Made by a program: the position numbers and the translations under genes. Below, piece after piece: positions 31,748 to 42,501 of a stretch of 64,000 nucleotides of DNA. Origin of the DNA: Bryobacterales bacterium (GTDB taxonomy: Bacteria > Acidobacteriota > Terriglobia > Bryobacterales > UBA6623); contig JAWKHJ010000004.1 in assembly GCA_041394905.1 (NCBI GenBank), forward strand, positions 398,952 through 462,951, in the 5' to 3' direction. Each line of letters starts with the position of its first letter. Position 1 is the first letter of the stretch. Below the pieces are notes generated by a model that had not been told where the DNA came from, made no database searches, and saw only the letters and a list, made by a program, of their open reading frames with translations.

Positions 31748-32393
31748 CTACTTCTTCGACCTCCTGACGACCACATAACTCCCGTTCGGACCGGGAACCG
31801 CGCCGCGCACCAGGATCACGTTGTCCTCCGCCAGGTGCACTTCGACGATTTCGAGCCCGACCGTGGTCACGCGCGCGCCGCCATGGCGGCCGGCCATCCG
31901 CAATCCGCGGAAAACACGAGGCGGATAAGAGCTCTGGCCGATCGAGCCCGGCGCGCGATTGCGACATCGAACCATGCGAGTCCTTACCGCCGGCGAAGTT
32001 GTGGCGCTTGATCCAAACCAGGTACAAGCCCTTGCCCTTCGGTGCCGATCACGTCGACACGCTGGTTGGGCTTGAACTCCTCAGCCAACACCCGGTCGCC
32101 GGCGTTGAGCTCAGCGTCAGGCATATCGTCAAGCCGCAGCTCGCGGCAGTAGCGCAGCGGATCGACGCCCGCTTTCTTCAGCCGCCCAAGCTCGGGCTTG
32201 GACAACCGGCTCTCTTTGACGAATTCGACCAGTCCGAGCTGCACGGCCTCATAGCCGTCCTTCTCCCGGGTCTTGCGCTGGACGACGACACCCAGGGGGC
32301 CGGCCTGCAACACCGTGACAGGCGCCACGCGGCCTTGCGCGTCGAAGACCTGCACGTCATGCCGATTTTTCTGCCAAGAATCCCTGGGACCAT
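31748..32393 (-). pseudogene. rplC: 50S ribosomal protein L3, at least 3 frame changes (about 32355, 32030, 31975); probably assembly indels
   Basis: The pieces are [13 protein letters not shown] (ORF 32178..32393), [20 protein letters not shown]...NQRVDVIGT (ORF 31984..32451), [18 protein letters not shown] (frame of ORF 31122..32027) and [32 protein letters not shown]...VRGAVPG (ORF 31748..31975). Confidence 0.88.
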
Positions 32394-32422
32394 GACCGCT
32401 TTCCTTCTCTTCCTTCCCGTGC

Positions 32423-32741
32423 CTACCTTCTTGCCGGCACAGTTTCAACATCGACGCCGGCAGGCAAGTCCAGGCGCATCAGCGCGTCGCTGGTGTCCTG
32501 CGTCGGCTCGAGGATGTCGAGAAGCCGCTTGTGCGTGCGAATCTCGAACTGCTCCCGTGAGCGCTTGTCGGTGTGCGGCGAGCGCAGCACCCGTGTACTT
32601 GTTCTTCACCGTCGGCAGCGGAATCGGGCCAGCCACTTGGGCGCCCGTCCGCCGCGCGGTGTCGACGATCTCGCCCGTCGACTGATCGAGAACTCGATAG
32701 TCGTACGCTTTCAGGCGGATCCGGATGCGTTCTTTCGGCAT
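32423..32741 (-). pseudogene. rpsJ: 30S ribosomal protein S10, one extra base in C-run 32590-32592; probably an assembly indel
   Basis: [50 protein letters not shown], then off-frame. Removing one G from minus-sense ACGGGTGCT restores [49 protein letters not shown]... up to TAG 32423-32425. Confidence 0.9.
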
Positions 32742-32748
32742 GGCCTTC

Positions 32749-33936
<1,188 letters not shown>

Positions 33937-33962
33937 CTCGCTCGCTACTCATATCCGTTACT

Positions 33963-36061
33963 TCAGCTTTCAAGCTGGCTCGCCACGCGGCCTGAACCTT
34001 ACTAATCACCTCTTCAGCGACTGGCCGGGGCCTGCTCCATAGCCGTGCGGAATTGCATCGAGTAGCTGCCACGGCCCTGCGTCCGCGAACGCAGATCGGT
34101 CGCATACCCGAACATCTCCGCCAACAGCACGAAACCCTTGACGATCTGTGAGCCGCCGCGCGTCCATACCTTCAATACGGCCGCGGCGCTGGTTCGACAT
34201 CGAAATCACGTCGCCCATACTCTTCCGGAACGACGACCTCGATCGCCATCACCGGTTCCCAGGCAGAACCGCTTTCGCCTTTGAGACGCCATCCTTGAAG
34301 GCCATCGAACCGGCGGCGACCTTGAACGCAACTTCCGAGCTATCCACCTCGTGGAAGCTGCCGTCGTAAAGCTCAGCCTCACGTTGACCGTGGGAAGCCG
34401 GCGATGACGCCGCCTCCGCTGGCCTCGACGATGCCGGCCTCGATCGGCCCGGTGAACTCGCGCGGGATCGTGCCGCCGGTAATCGATTGACGAACTCCGA
34501 ACCCGGAATGATCGCCCGCCTCGACGGCGCAATCCGGATTACATGATAGCTACTGGCCGCGACCGCCCGACTGGCGCACGAAACGGCCCTCGCCGTCTGC
34601 GTTGCGCGGCGTAATCGTCTCGCGGTGACCACACCTGCGACCGACCGACATTCGCCTCGACCTTGAACTCCCTCATCAGGCGGTCAACCAAGATCTCGAG
34701 TGAAGCTCACCCATGCCCGACAGGATCGTCACCCCGTCTCGGCGTCCGTCATCACCCGGAAAGTCGGATCTTCCTGCGCCAGCTTCGCCAGCGCCATGCC
34801 CAGCTTCTGCTGGTCGGCCTTCGTCTTCGGCTCAACCGCGAGCGAAATCACGGGCTCGGGAAAGTCGATACGCTCGAGCACCACCGGCTTGTCTTCGTCG
34901 CAGATCGTGTCGCCGGTCTGAACGGTCTTGAGGCCCACCACAGCGGCGATATCGCCGGCGCGCACCTCTTCGATCTCTTCGCGCTTGTTGGCGTGCATCT
35001 GCAGCAGACGACCAATGCGCTCCTTGCGGCCCTTGGCCACGTTGAACACCGAGTCGCCAGCGTAGCACGCCCAGTGGGGCGCACGAACATAACTGACCAA
35101 TGAACGGGTCCAGTGACAATCTTGAACACCAGCGCCGTGAACGGCTCGTCGTCCGAAGGCCTTCCACCAGTCCTCGCCTGGCCGTCGAGATCCGTACCCT
35201 CGACCGGAGGAACATCGAGCGGCGAAGGCAGGTAGTCGACGACCGCGTCGAGCAGGCGCTGCACGCCCCGCACAACCACTTGAACGCCGAACCCGCGAGC
35301 ACGGGCGTAATCTTCAGCCCGATCGTCGCGCGGCGAAATCGCTCCGCAGCTTCCTCGACCGTCGGCTCGACGCCCTCGACATACTTCTCAAACAGAACGT
35401 CATCCTGCTCGGCGACCTTTTTCGATCAGATCGTGACGCCGCGCCTCAGCCTCGATCTGCAGATCCGCCGGGATGTCCTCGACGTCATAGGTCGCACCTG
35501 TGCCATCGTCGTTCCACAGGATTGCCTTCATCGACGAGATCAACGACGCCACGCAGTTTATCCTCAGCGTGATAGGCATCTGCAAGAGAACCGGATTCGC
35601 CTTCCAGCGATCGACGATCGTCTGCACCGCGTTGTCGAAGTCCGCGCCGATCTTGTCCATCTTGTTAATGAACGCGATGCGCGGAACACGATACTTGTCG
35701 GCTTGGCAGCCAAACGGTCTACGACACGGCTGCACGCCGGCGACAGCGTCGAACAGCGCGATCCGCCGTCAGCACGCGCGGCGGCGCTCCACCTCGGCGG
35801 TAAAGTCGACGTGACCAGTGTCGATGATGTTGATCTGGCAGTCCCGCCACTGGGCATAGGTCGCAGCGGAAGTAATCGTAATGCCGCGCTCCTGCTCCTG
35901 CTCCATGTAGTCCATCGTGGCAGCGCCTTCGTGCACCTCGCCATGCGATGGATACGCCCGGTGTAATAGAGAATGCGCTCGGTCGTAGTCGTCTTGCCCG
36001 CGTCGATGTGCGCGGCAATGCCGATGTTCCGGTACTTCTCGAGATTGACTTTACGAGCCAT
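33963..36061 (-). pseudogene. fusA: Elongation factor G, at least 10 frame changes; 3' end approximate; probably assembly indels
   Basis: Starts [39 protein letters not shown] at 36061. Further pieces are [22 protein letters not shown] (ORF 35400..35735), [24 protein letters not shown] (34848..35279), [35 protein letters not shown]...[35 protein letters not shown] (34729..35100), [29 protein letters not shown] (34249..34632), [21 protein letters not shown] (34006..34218) and the tail ...AEEVISKVQ. Confidence 0.88.
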
Positions 36062-36223
36062 GGATATCTAACGCCTCTGGCGCTCCGCCTTCGTTCTCAG
36101 GACTTCCGTCGAAACCTTGAGCCCCCTTTCACTACTTCAACTTCGCGGTTGCTTACCGCCCACGGGTCCGGCCGATTTGCCGCCCCTGAGACCGGCTGCC
36201 GAACCGCGCTCCCTTCTCTTCCC

Positions 36224-36702
36224 TTACCACCGGTAGTGGGCGAATGCCTTGTTGGCCTCCGCCATCCGGTGCACATCTTCCTTCCTTCTTCATGGCCGAT
36301 CCGCGCGTCCGGCGGAGGCCTCCAGTCTCGTTCGCCAGCCGCTCGGACATGCCTTTCTCGAGCGCCCCTGGCGTAGCTGATCAACCAGCGCAGCGCCAGC
36401 AGCGCAGTGCGGCGATTCTGCGGCACCTCGATCGGCACCTGGTAGTTCGCGCCGCCCACGCCGGCTCTTCACCTCGACGACCGGCTTGCAGTTCTCGACC
36501 GCCTTCTTGAACAACTTCAAGAGGCTCTTCGCCCTCGCCGCGGTCGGCAACCTTCTGCATGGCGTCGTAGAAGATACGCGATGCGACGCTCTTCTTGCCT
36601 TCCCACATCATCGTGTTGATGAACTTCGACACGAGCGTGGGTGTAAACCGGATCGGCGGCCGGAATGCGTTGCGGAATTTCTCGTCTACGCGGCATAGGC
36701 AC
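36224..36702 (-). pseudogene. rpsG: 30S ribosomal protein S7, at least 5 frame changes; probably assembly indels
   Basis: The pieces are MPRRREIPQRIPAADPVYT (ORF 36517..36702), TLVSKFINTMMWEGKKSVASRIFYDAMQKVADR (36381..36704), [18 protein letters not shown] (36290..36550), [32 protein letters not shown] (36097..36459) and MSERLANE (36153..36350). One more shift gives [21 protein letters not shown] and TAA at 36224-36226. Confidence 0.88.
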
Positions 36703-36712
36703 ATCTCGATCC

Positions 36713-37082
36713 CTACTGCTTCAGGCGCTTCGCGCCATACTTCGAACGCCCCTGCCGACGGTCGTTCACGCCGGCGGCATCAGCACGCCGCGCACAACGG
36801 CTGATAACGACACCCGGCAAATCCTTCACACGGCCGCCGCGCCTGCAGCACAATCGAGTGCTCCTGCAGGTTGTGTGCGCAGATGTAGGTCGTACCTCGA
36901 TCTGGTTCGTGAGCCACAGAGCACGCGCAACCTTACGCAGCGCCGGTTCCGGCTTCTTCCAGGTCACCGATAGCACACGCAGGTGCGACACCGCCGCTGC
37001 AGGCACGACCTGAAACCGGGCTCGCCGTCCCAAACTTGGGCGGCTTCCGCCCTTTTCGCACAAGTTGATTGAACGTCGGCAC
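36713..37082 (-). pseudogene. rpsL: 30S ribosomal protein S12, at least 4 frame changes; probably assembly indels
   Basis: GTG start at 37082 gives (M)PTFNQLVRKGRKPPKFGTASP (frame of ORF 36933..37217). The remainder, KKP.PALRKVARALWLTNQIEV...RGGRVKDLPGV...AAGVNDRRQGRSKYGAKRLKQ (ORF 36713..37063), has internal compensating shifts; YICAHNLQEHSIVLQ is readable in another frame. Confidence 0.88.
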
Positions 37083-37499
37083 TATTCGTTCACCAATCCA
37101 TCCCAGGGCGCTCCACGCCGCATCGCCGTACAGACCGCAAACCGTTAGGCCGCGCGGTCGACGCGGACGCTTCTTCGCCCTCAATGTCTCTTCAGCGTTT
37201 GATAACTCCGCCGCCATAAACGATCCCGGTGGGGGATCTTATCGGCGACGCCTTTGGAGCTCACTTCCGACCGAAAGACTAACGCCTTTCGGCTTCCAAC
37301 GCGCTTCCTCTTGGACAATTCAGCGGAGTCAAATCGGCCGCCCTAAGGCTCCATCGGCGCTTTCGCGCACACGGACGGCTGGGAGACGCTGCCTTCTACT
37401 GAATCTGTCGAAGCCAGTTCCCTATGTCAACCGCAGGGTGGTGAAAATTTCCGCATTTCCCGCGTCGGACCGAAATTCACGGCGGATTCGACGAATCTC

Positions 37500-38123
37500 C
37501 TACTCTTCCGAGTGGCCATAGACCACGATTCCAACCACTTCGCCCGCCAACGGCAGGTCCAACACCCAGTGCTCATAATCATCTTCCACAAATTGGGACC
37601 GTCGGAGCCCTCGGGCAGTTCGATGCGTTCGACAGTGGGGTGGGTTGCCTACCTTCTTGGTCCAACTCCAACTGATCGGCGAACTTGTAATTCCTTCGCC
37701 AGGCTTCGGTATCCTCGGCGGCCCGGAGTCAAGACCGAAAAATCCCGACTCGGGGCGACACCCATGTGATTGCCGTCTTCCGGATGCAGCGCGTAGGCGA
37801 AGACAGTGTACCAGCCCGGCGGGGATCCCCTGCTCTTCAGAGTGTGCCCTCTTCCGGGAAATGCACCAGAGCCAGGAATGCGCCTCAGGAATCGTGTCAT
37901 AGCGAATGCCGAATCCCGCAGACAGCTCTCCCTCCACGAAAGGGTCTTTACGTCCCCAATGCGTGCGCCACGACCGTGTCGCCGTTCTTGACCGTCACCC
38001 TCGGCGGCGACCATCGCGACTGCGGCCGCCGGCGCGCCTCGGGCGCGCCGGCCTTCCATCGTGGAAGCCGGCACGAATAGCGGCGAGCAGAGCGATACGG
38101 CGAGAAGCGTTTTAAAAGCGCAA
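37500..38123 (-). pseudogene. Secreted hypothetical protein, many frame changes
   Basis: ATG at 38123 is preceded by AGGAAG. The sequence MNHLRF then hits TAA inside a T4A4 run. Dropping one T gives the signal peptide MNHLRFKTLLAVSLCSPLFVPAS. Protein-like pieces occur in three frames: VTVKNGDTVV, GWYTVFAYALHPEDGNHMGVAPSRDFSVLTPG, YKFADQLELDQEG, THPTVERIELPEGSDGP, FVEDDYEHWVLDLPLAGEVVGIVVYGHSEE. Function unknown. Confidence 0.45.
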
Positions 38124-38276
38124 GTGATTCATCGGTCTTCCTTCAGTGCCGAGGCTTACCCACCTCGGGCTACCCCTCATTTGCTTCGACGGCTCTGAAA
38201 ACAGGAGGGTTACGAAGAAACACGCGAGGCGGGAGCCCACCCGGGGAGATCCGCCCCGATCCGTTTTCTTCCTTTC

Positions 38277-38975
38277 CTACGCGCGGACTCGAAGAGCTGG
38301 TCGCTCCAACTGCGCGCCGCTGAAGTCGAAAGTGCCCAGGTAGACGCTCGAGCGGCGATGCTCGTCCATCTTTACCTTGAGCGCCTTGGCATGGAAGCTC
38401 TGCTCGACCGTCGCGGCCATGGCGTGCTCGAGCTCGACCATCGGCTGGTAGTAGATGTTATCGAGGTGGCACAGCGAATCGGTCGCCTCGATCGCCCGCG
38501 TCGTCACCTTCACCATATCGCCAGCCGTCAGCGTCGCGTTCTTGGCGTGCATGTCGCCGTGGAAGTCCGAGCGCGATCGGCATGTGTTTGAGTCTCGATG
38601 ACCTCGCTGATCAGCTCACCGGCCGACCGGCGGGCCAGCGTCTCGAGCGCGGCGCGCTGCTCAGCGCTCGCCGTTTAAATCAAACAACAAAATCATCTTG
38701 GTCGGCAGCGGGTTGATGAACGGATTGCCAATTGTCGAGCTGGCCTTGACCAGCGCCACCACCTTCAGGCCGTCCAGATTCACGCCATCACATCGCCCTG
38801 GTCCGCTCCAGCCATCACGGCCAAGTCGCCGCGGATGCCTGATTCGGAGTTCGCGAAGCAGTGCGAAGCATAGATCTCCGCATTGCGGGTCTCCAAATAG
38901 TGGCCGCGAATTTCCGCCGGAGAGCGGTCGCGGCAAGTGCGAGGGCGGCGAAGGCCGCCAGAAGGTCTTCGGCAT
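38277..38975 (-). pseudogene. Hypothetical protein with kinase-like HGDxHxxN motif, several frame changes
   Basis: ATG at 38975 is preceded by GGGAGGAAA. The pieces are MPKTF.AAFAALALAATALRRKFAA, YLETRNAEIYASHCFANSESGIRGDLAVMAGADQGDV, GVNLDGLKVVALVKASSTIGNPFINPLPTKMILLFDLN, AEQRAALETLARRSAGELISEVIE and SDFHGDMHAKNATLTAGDMVKV...YYQPMVELEH... (ORF 38277..38552). The family assignment is a weak guess. Confidence 0.35.
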
Positions 38976-39031
38976 GCGTCTATTTCCTCCCGGGGGATTG
39001 TGGGCCTTATTCTAGCAGACCGTTCGCAATG

Positions 39032-40110
39032 TCAAGCTCTGCCGAATCCATTGCCGCGATCAGCGCCCAACGCCACCCTGACCGCCCGAATCTCGCGCGC
39101 GGAATCCCGCGCAGCCCGCATCTGAGGGTTCTTCAGCGCGCTCGAACCGCAAGCGCCTGCGACCGATCGCGCTCGACGCCTGCGCCGGCCGCGTAGAGCT
39201 CGCCAAGCGGTGTGCGCAGCGTTTCCTGCTCGGCCGCCTACGCAACCACTCGGCAGCCTGCTCTGATCGCGCTCCACACCGCGGCCATCCTCATAGGCTC
39301 TGGCTAGGTCGATCTGGGCCAGCGCGTACCCTTGCTCGGCTGCCGTTCGGCCACTCCAGGGCTTTTCGGGATCCTCGGCCCGCCCTTGCCCATGGCGTAG
39401 ATCTCCGCCAACTCATACTGAGCCGCCAGATTCCCTTGCCGGGCGCCGCGGCGTTGCCACGAACCGCCTTCCCGCGTCGCGCTCGACGCCCTTGCCTTCG
39501 GCGTAGTGCGCCGCCAGAGCCGCCATCGCCAGCCCGTCGCCCTGCGAGGCAGCCCGCAAGCGCCAACGCATCGCTTCCTCCAGGTTTCGGGGCAGGCCCG
39601 CGCCACGCTCGTATAGCGCCGCCAGACGGCATTGAGCGTCGGCATTACCCGCCTGCGCCGCAACTAGGTACCAACGCGCCGCCATCTCCGCGTTCGGATC
39701 CGCTCCTAGGCCTTCTTCGTAGAGCCGCGCCAGGCTGGTTTGCGCGAGGGCGTCGCCCTGGACCGCCGCTGACCGTACCAGTGCAGCTCGCCATAGTCCC
39801 GTGCGACGCCCTCGCCGCTCTCGTACTTCGTCCCCAGCCGATACTGCGCGAAGGCGTTGCCTTGCACAGCCGCCAGCGTGTACCACTTGACTGCCAGTTC
39901 CGGCGAGGCCTCGACCCCGCGGCCGTAGTCGTACATCATGCCCAAGTACGCCTGCGCCAGCGCATCGCCCGATTCTGCGACCCCAGGCAGGTATTCGGCG
40001 CCGCTCACCGTAGTCGCCTGACTCGTAGGCGAGTTGGCCTACGCGCAGGCTCCATGCCTGGCAACCCGCCATCACCAAGCGAAAGCGCGAACGCCGTCAA
40101 TCAGGTGAAA
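39032..40110 (-). pseudogene. Sel1-repeat (SLR/TPR-like) protein, probably a lipoprotein, many frame changes; ends approximate
   Basis: Repeated Sel1 signatures occur in three frames: AQAYLGMMYDYGRGVEASPELAVKWYTLAAVQGNAFAQYRLGTKYESGEGVARDY; AQTSLARLYEEGLGADPNAEMAARWYLVAAQAGNADAQCRLAALYERGAGLPRNLEEAMRWRLRAASQGDGLAMAALAAHYAEGKGVERD; AQYELAEIYAMGKG; AQIDLARAYEDGRGVERDQS. A possible lipobox LVMAGC lies near 40070. Confidence 0.6.
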
Positions 40111-40302
40111 AGCTAGGCCGCACGACTGTATGCAGCCCGAGTCTACGCGGAAGGCCCGCATCGGCTGCGGAACCTACCCGGCCCTTTTCGACCCGTTATT
40201 TCCAGACGTTTCCAGCCGCAACGCCCGGGGGATAGGCCTAGCCTCGCGCCAATTCCCAGGTTCGGCAGCGCGCAAAATTCGGCCTCACCAACTCCGCGAA
40301 AG

Positions 40303-41376
40303 CTAGCTGTGCCGGATCACCAGCACGTCGCCGTCCTGCACGATGTAATCGCGCCCCTCCAGCCGCAGCACGCCCTTCTCCTTGGCGCCTTGGTAGCCGT
40401 TGAGCTCGAGCAGCAGCTCCCACTGGATCGTCTCCGCGCGGATAAACTTTTTCTCGAAATCGGAGTGGATCGCACCGGCCGCCTTCGCCGCCGGCGTGTT
40501 CTTCGGGATCGTCCAGGCGCGGCACTCGGTGTCGCCGGCGGTCAGGAATGACATCAAGCCCAACAGGTCGTACGTCGCCTGCACCATGCGGTTCAGGCCC
40601 GGCTCGGTCAACCCGTAGGTCTCCATGTACTCTTTGGCGTCCTCGTCCGAGAGCTCGGCGATCTCAGCCTCGATCGAGCCGCACACCGCCGTCACGCCCA
40701 CATTGCGCTTGCCTTCCAGCCACTCGGCGCGGTACTTCTCCTCGATCTCGCTGATCTGCGATGCCTGATCCTCGCCCACGTTCAGCACCAGCAGCATCGG
40801 CTTCTCGGAGAGAAACTGAAACCCGCGCAGCCGCTTGGCCTCATCCGGCTCGAGCTCGAGCTCCCGCAGCGGAATCTCCGATTCGAGCGTCTGCTTGCAG
40901 CGCTCGAGCAGTTCCTGCTCCTTGGGCAGGTCCGGGTTCTTCAAGCGCTTGGCGTCCTTGGCCACCCGTTCGAGGCGATTCTCGACCACCTGCAAGTCGG
41001 CCAGGATCAGCTCCGCCTCCATCGCGTCCCAGTCGCGTTTGGGGTCGAGCGTGCCCTCGATGTGCATCACCGTGTCGTCTTCGAACAGGCGCAGCACGTG
41101 TGCGAAAGCGTCCACGGTGCGCAACGAGCCGATGTAGGCCGGGTCCGCAAGCGCCTCGCGCGACAGCGCCGGCATGTCGGCATATTCCACCGTCGCATGC
41201 ACCACCTTGGGCGGCTCGAATAGCTCGGCGAGCTTGTCCAGCCGCTTGTCCGGCACCTTCGCGACGCCCACCTGCGCCTTCATCGAGCCAATCTTTCCCT
41301 CGCTCGAAACGCCGGTCAGGATGGTAAACAGCGACGTCTTGCCGACCTGCGGCAGACCGATGATTGCAGTCCTCAT
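40303..41376 (-). CDS. ychF: Redox-regulated ATPase YchF (Obg-family GTPase/ATPase)
   Basis: Intact 357-aa ORF. Motifs: IIGLPQVGKTSLFTILTG, C-terminal TGS-like part AWTIPKNTPAAKAAGAIHSDFEKKFIRAE...GRDYIVQDGDVL. First intact gene after the frameshift patch. Confidence 0.93.
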   Translation of the reverse strand: MRTAIIGLPQVGKTSLFTILTGVSSEGKIGSMKAQVGVAKVPDKRLDKLAELFEPPKVVHATVEYADMPALSREALADPAYIGSLRTVDAFAHVLRLFEDDTVMHIEGTLDPKRDWDAMEAELILADLQVVENRLERVAKDAKRLKNPDLPKEQELLERCKQTLESEIPLRELELEPDEAKRLRGFQFLSEKPMLLVLNVGEDQASQISEIEEKYRAEWLEGKRNVGVTAVCGSIEAEIAELSDEDAKEYMETYGLTEPGLNRMVQATYDLLGLMSFLTAGDTECRAWTIPKNTPAAKAAGAIHSDFEKKFIRAETIQWELLLELNGYQGAKEKGVLRLEGRDYIVQDGDVLVIRHS

Positions 41377-41472
41377 AACTTCACAGCCGCAGGCGCAGGC
41401 CTGCCGGAATCCACACTAGCTTCAACAGGAATTAGCAGCATACCGCAGGCCGTCCGGCCCGCGGCTCGGCGG

Positions 41473-42438
41473 TTAAACCGGCGGCGGCGTGCTCTCCAAA
41501 ATCTCCGCCAGAATCTGCTCCGCCCTCTCCCCGAAACCCGATTCGCCCCCGAACCGCCGATCCGGGATCACACGATGCCCGAATACCGGCGCCGCCAAGG
41601 TCTTCACATGATGCGGAGTCACGTAGTCCACGCCCTCGAGCAGCGCTAGCGCCTGCGAGGCCCGGTAGAGCGCAATCGAGCCGCGCGGGCTCACGCCTAG
41701 GGCCATCTGCGGATGCTCCCGGGTTCCCTCGACGATGCGCATGATGTAGTCCACGATGTCTTCGTGCACCTTCACCTCGTGCACCAAGCGCTGCAACTCG
41801 ACCACATCGTCGGAATGCATCGACGGCGGCGCCGAGCCCGGCGTCTGCCGCGCCCCGTTCAGCCGCAAAATCTCGCGCTCACTCGCCGGGTCCGGGTAGC
41901 CCATCCGAATCCGTAGTAGAAACCGGTCGAGCTGCGCCTCCGGCAACGGAAACGTCCCGTGATACTCCACCGGATTCTGCGTCGCGATCACCATGAACGG
42001 CTCCGGCAGGGGATACGAGCGGCCTTCGATCGAAATCTGCCCCTCGTTCATCGCCTCGAGCAGCGCGGACTGCGTCTTCGGCGTCGTTCGGTTGATCTCA
42101 TCCGCCAGCAGGATGTTCGAAAACACCGGTCCCGGCTTGAAGTCGAACTCTTCGCGGCTCGCCGAATAGACCGTCACGCCCAGCACGTCCGACGGCAGCA
42201 TGTCGGAGGTGAACTGGATGCGCTGGAAGCGGCAATCCACCGCCCTTGCCAGAGCGTGCGCCAGGGTCGTCTTCCCCACCCCAGGCACGTCTTCGATCAA
42301 CAGGTGACCGCGCGCCAGCAAGCACACCACCGACAGCCGCAAGGCCTCCGCCTTGCCACGGATGACTGTGGCGAGCGAAGCTTCCAACGCGCCGAGTTTC
42401 TCCACCAGCGCGCTCTCGGCAATGCGGCCGGGCGACAT
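41473..42438 (-). CDS. MoxR-family AAA+ ATPase
   Basis: Intact 321-aa ORF. Walker A EDVPGVGKTTLAHALA, Walker B ILLADEINR, QSALLEAMNE.Q, VIATQNP.E..GT.PLPEAQLDRF. Confidence 0.9.
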   Translation of the reverse strand: MSPGRIAESALVEKLGALEASLATVIRGKAEALRLSVVCLLARGHLLIEDVPGVGKTTLAHALARAVDCRFQRIQFTSDMLPSDVLGVTVYSASREEFDFKPGPVFSNILLADEINRTTPKTQSALLEAMNEGQISIEGRSYPLPEPFMVIATQNPVEYHGTFPLPEAQLDRFLLRIRMGYPDPASEREILRLNGARQTPGSAPPSMHSDDVVELQRLVHEVKVHEDIVDYIMRIVEGTREHPQMALGVSPRGSIALYRASQALALLEGVDYVTPHHVKTLAAPVFGHRVIPDRRFGGESGFGERAEQILAEILESTPPPV

Positions 42439-42501
42439 AAGTCTCTATTCTACCCGCCGCCCCCTGGACTGTCCCGCCGTACCCTGTAGACTTTAGACAG
42501 A

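Noticed and set aside
31122-32027. N-terminally extended ORFs in the track (rplD 301 aa; likewise rpsD, rplX, rpsC, rplV, map, hemA, atpD, atpA)
   Set aside because: The extensions run into the upstream gene and are Arg-rich. Internal Met codons give canonical N-termini and sensible spacing or ATGA overlaps.
42439-42501. Promoter for the LRR genes (CTGGAC-17-TAGACT)
   Set aside because: Both hexamers are poor matches and would imply a near-leaderless transcript. The support is insufficient.
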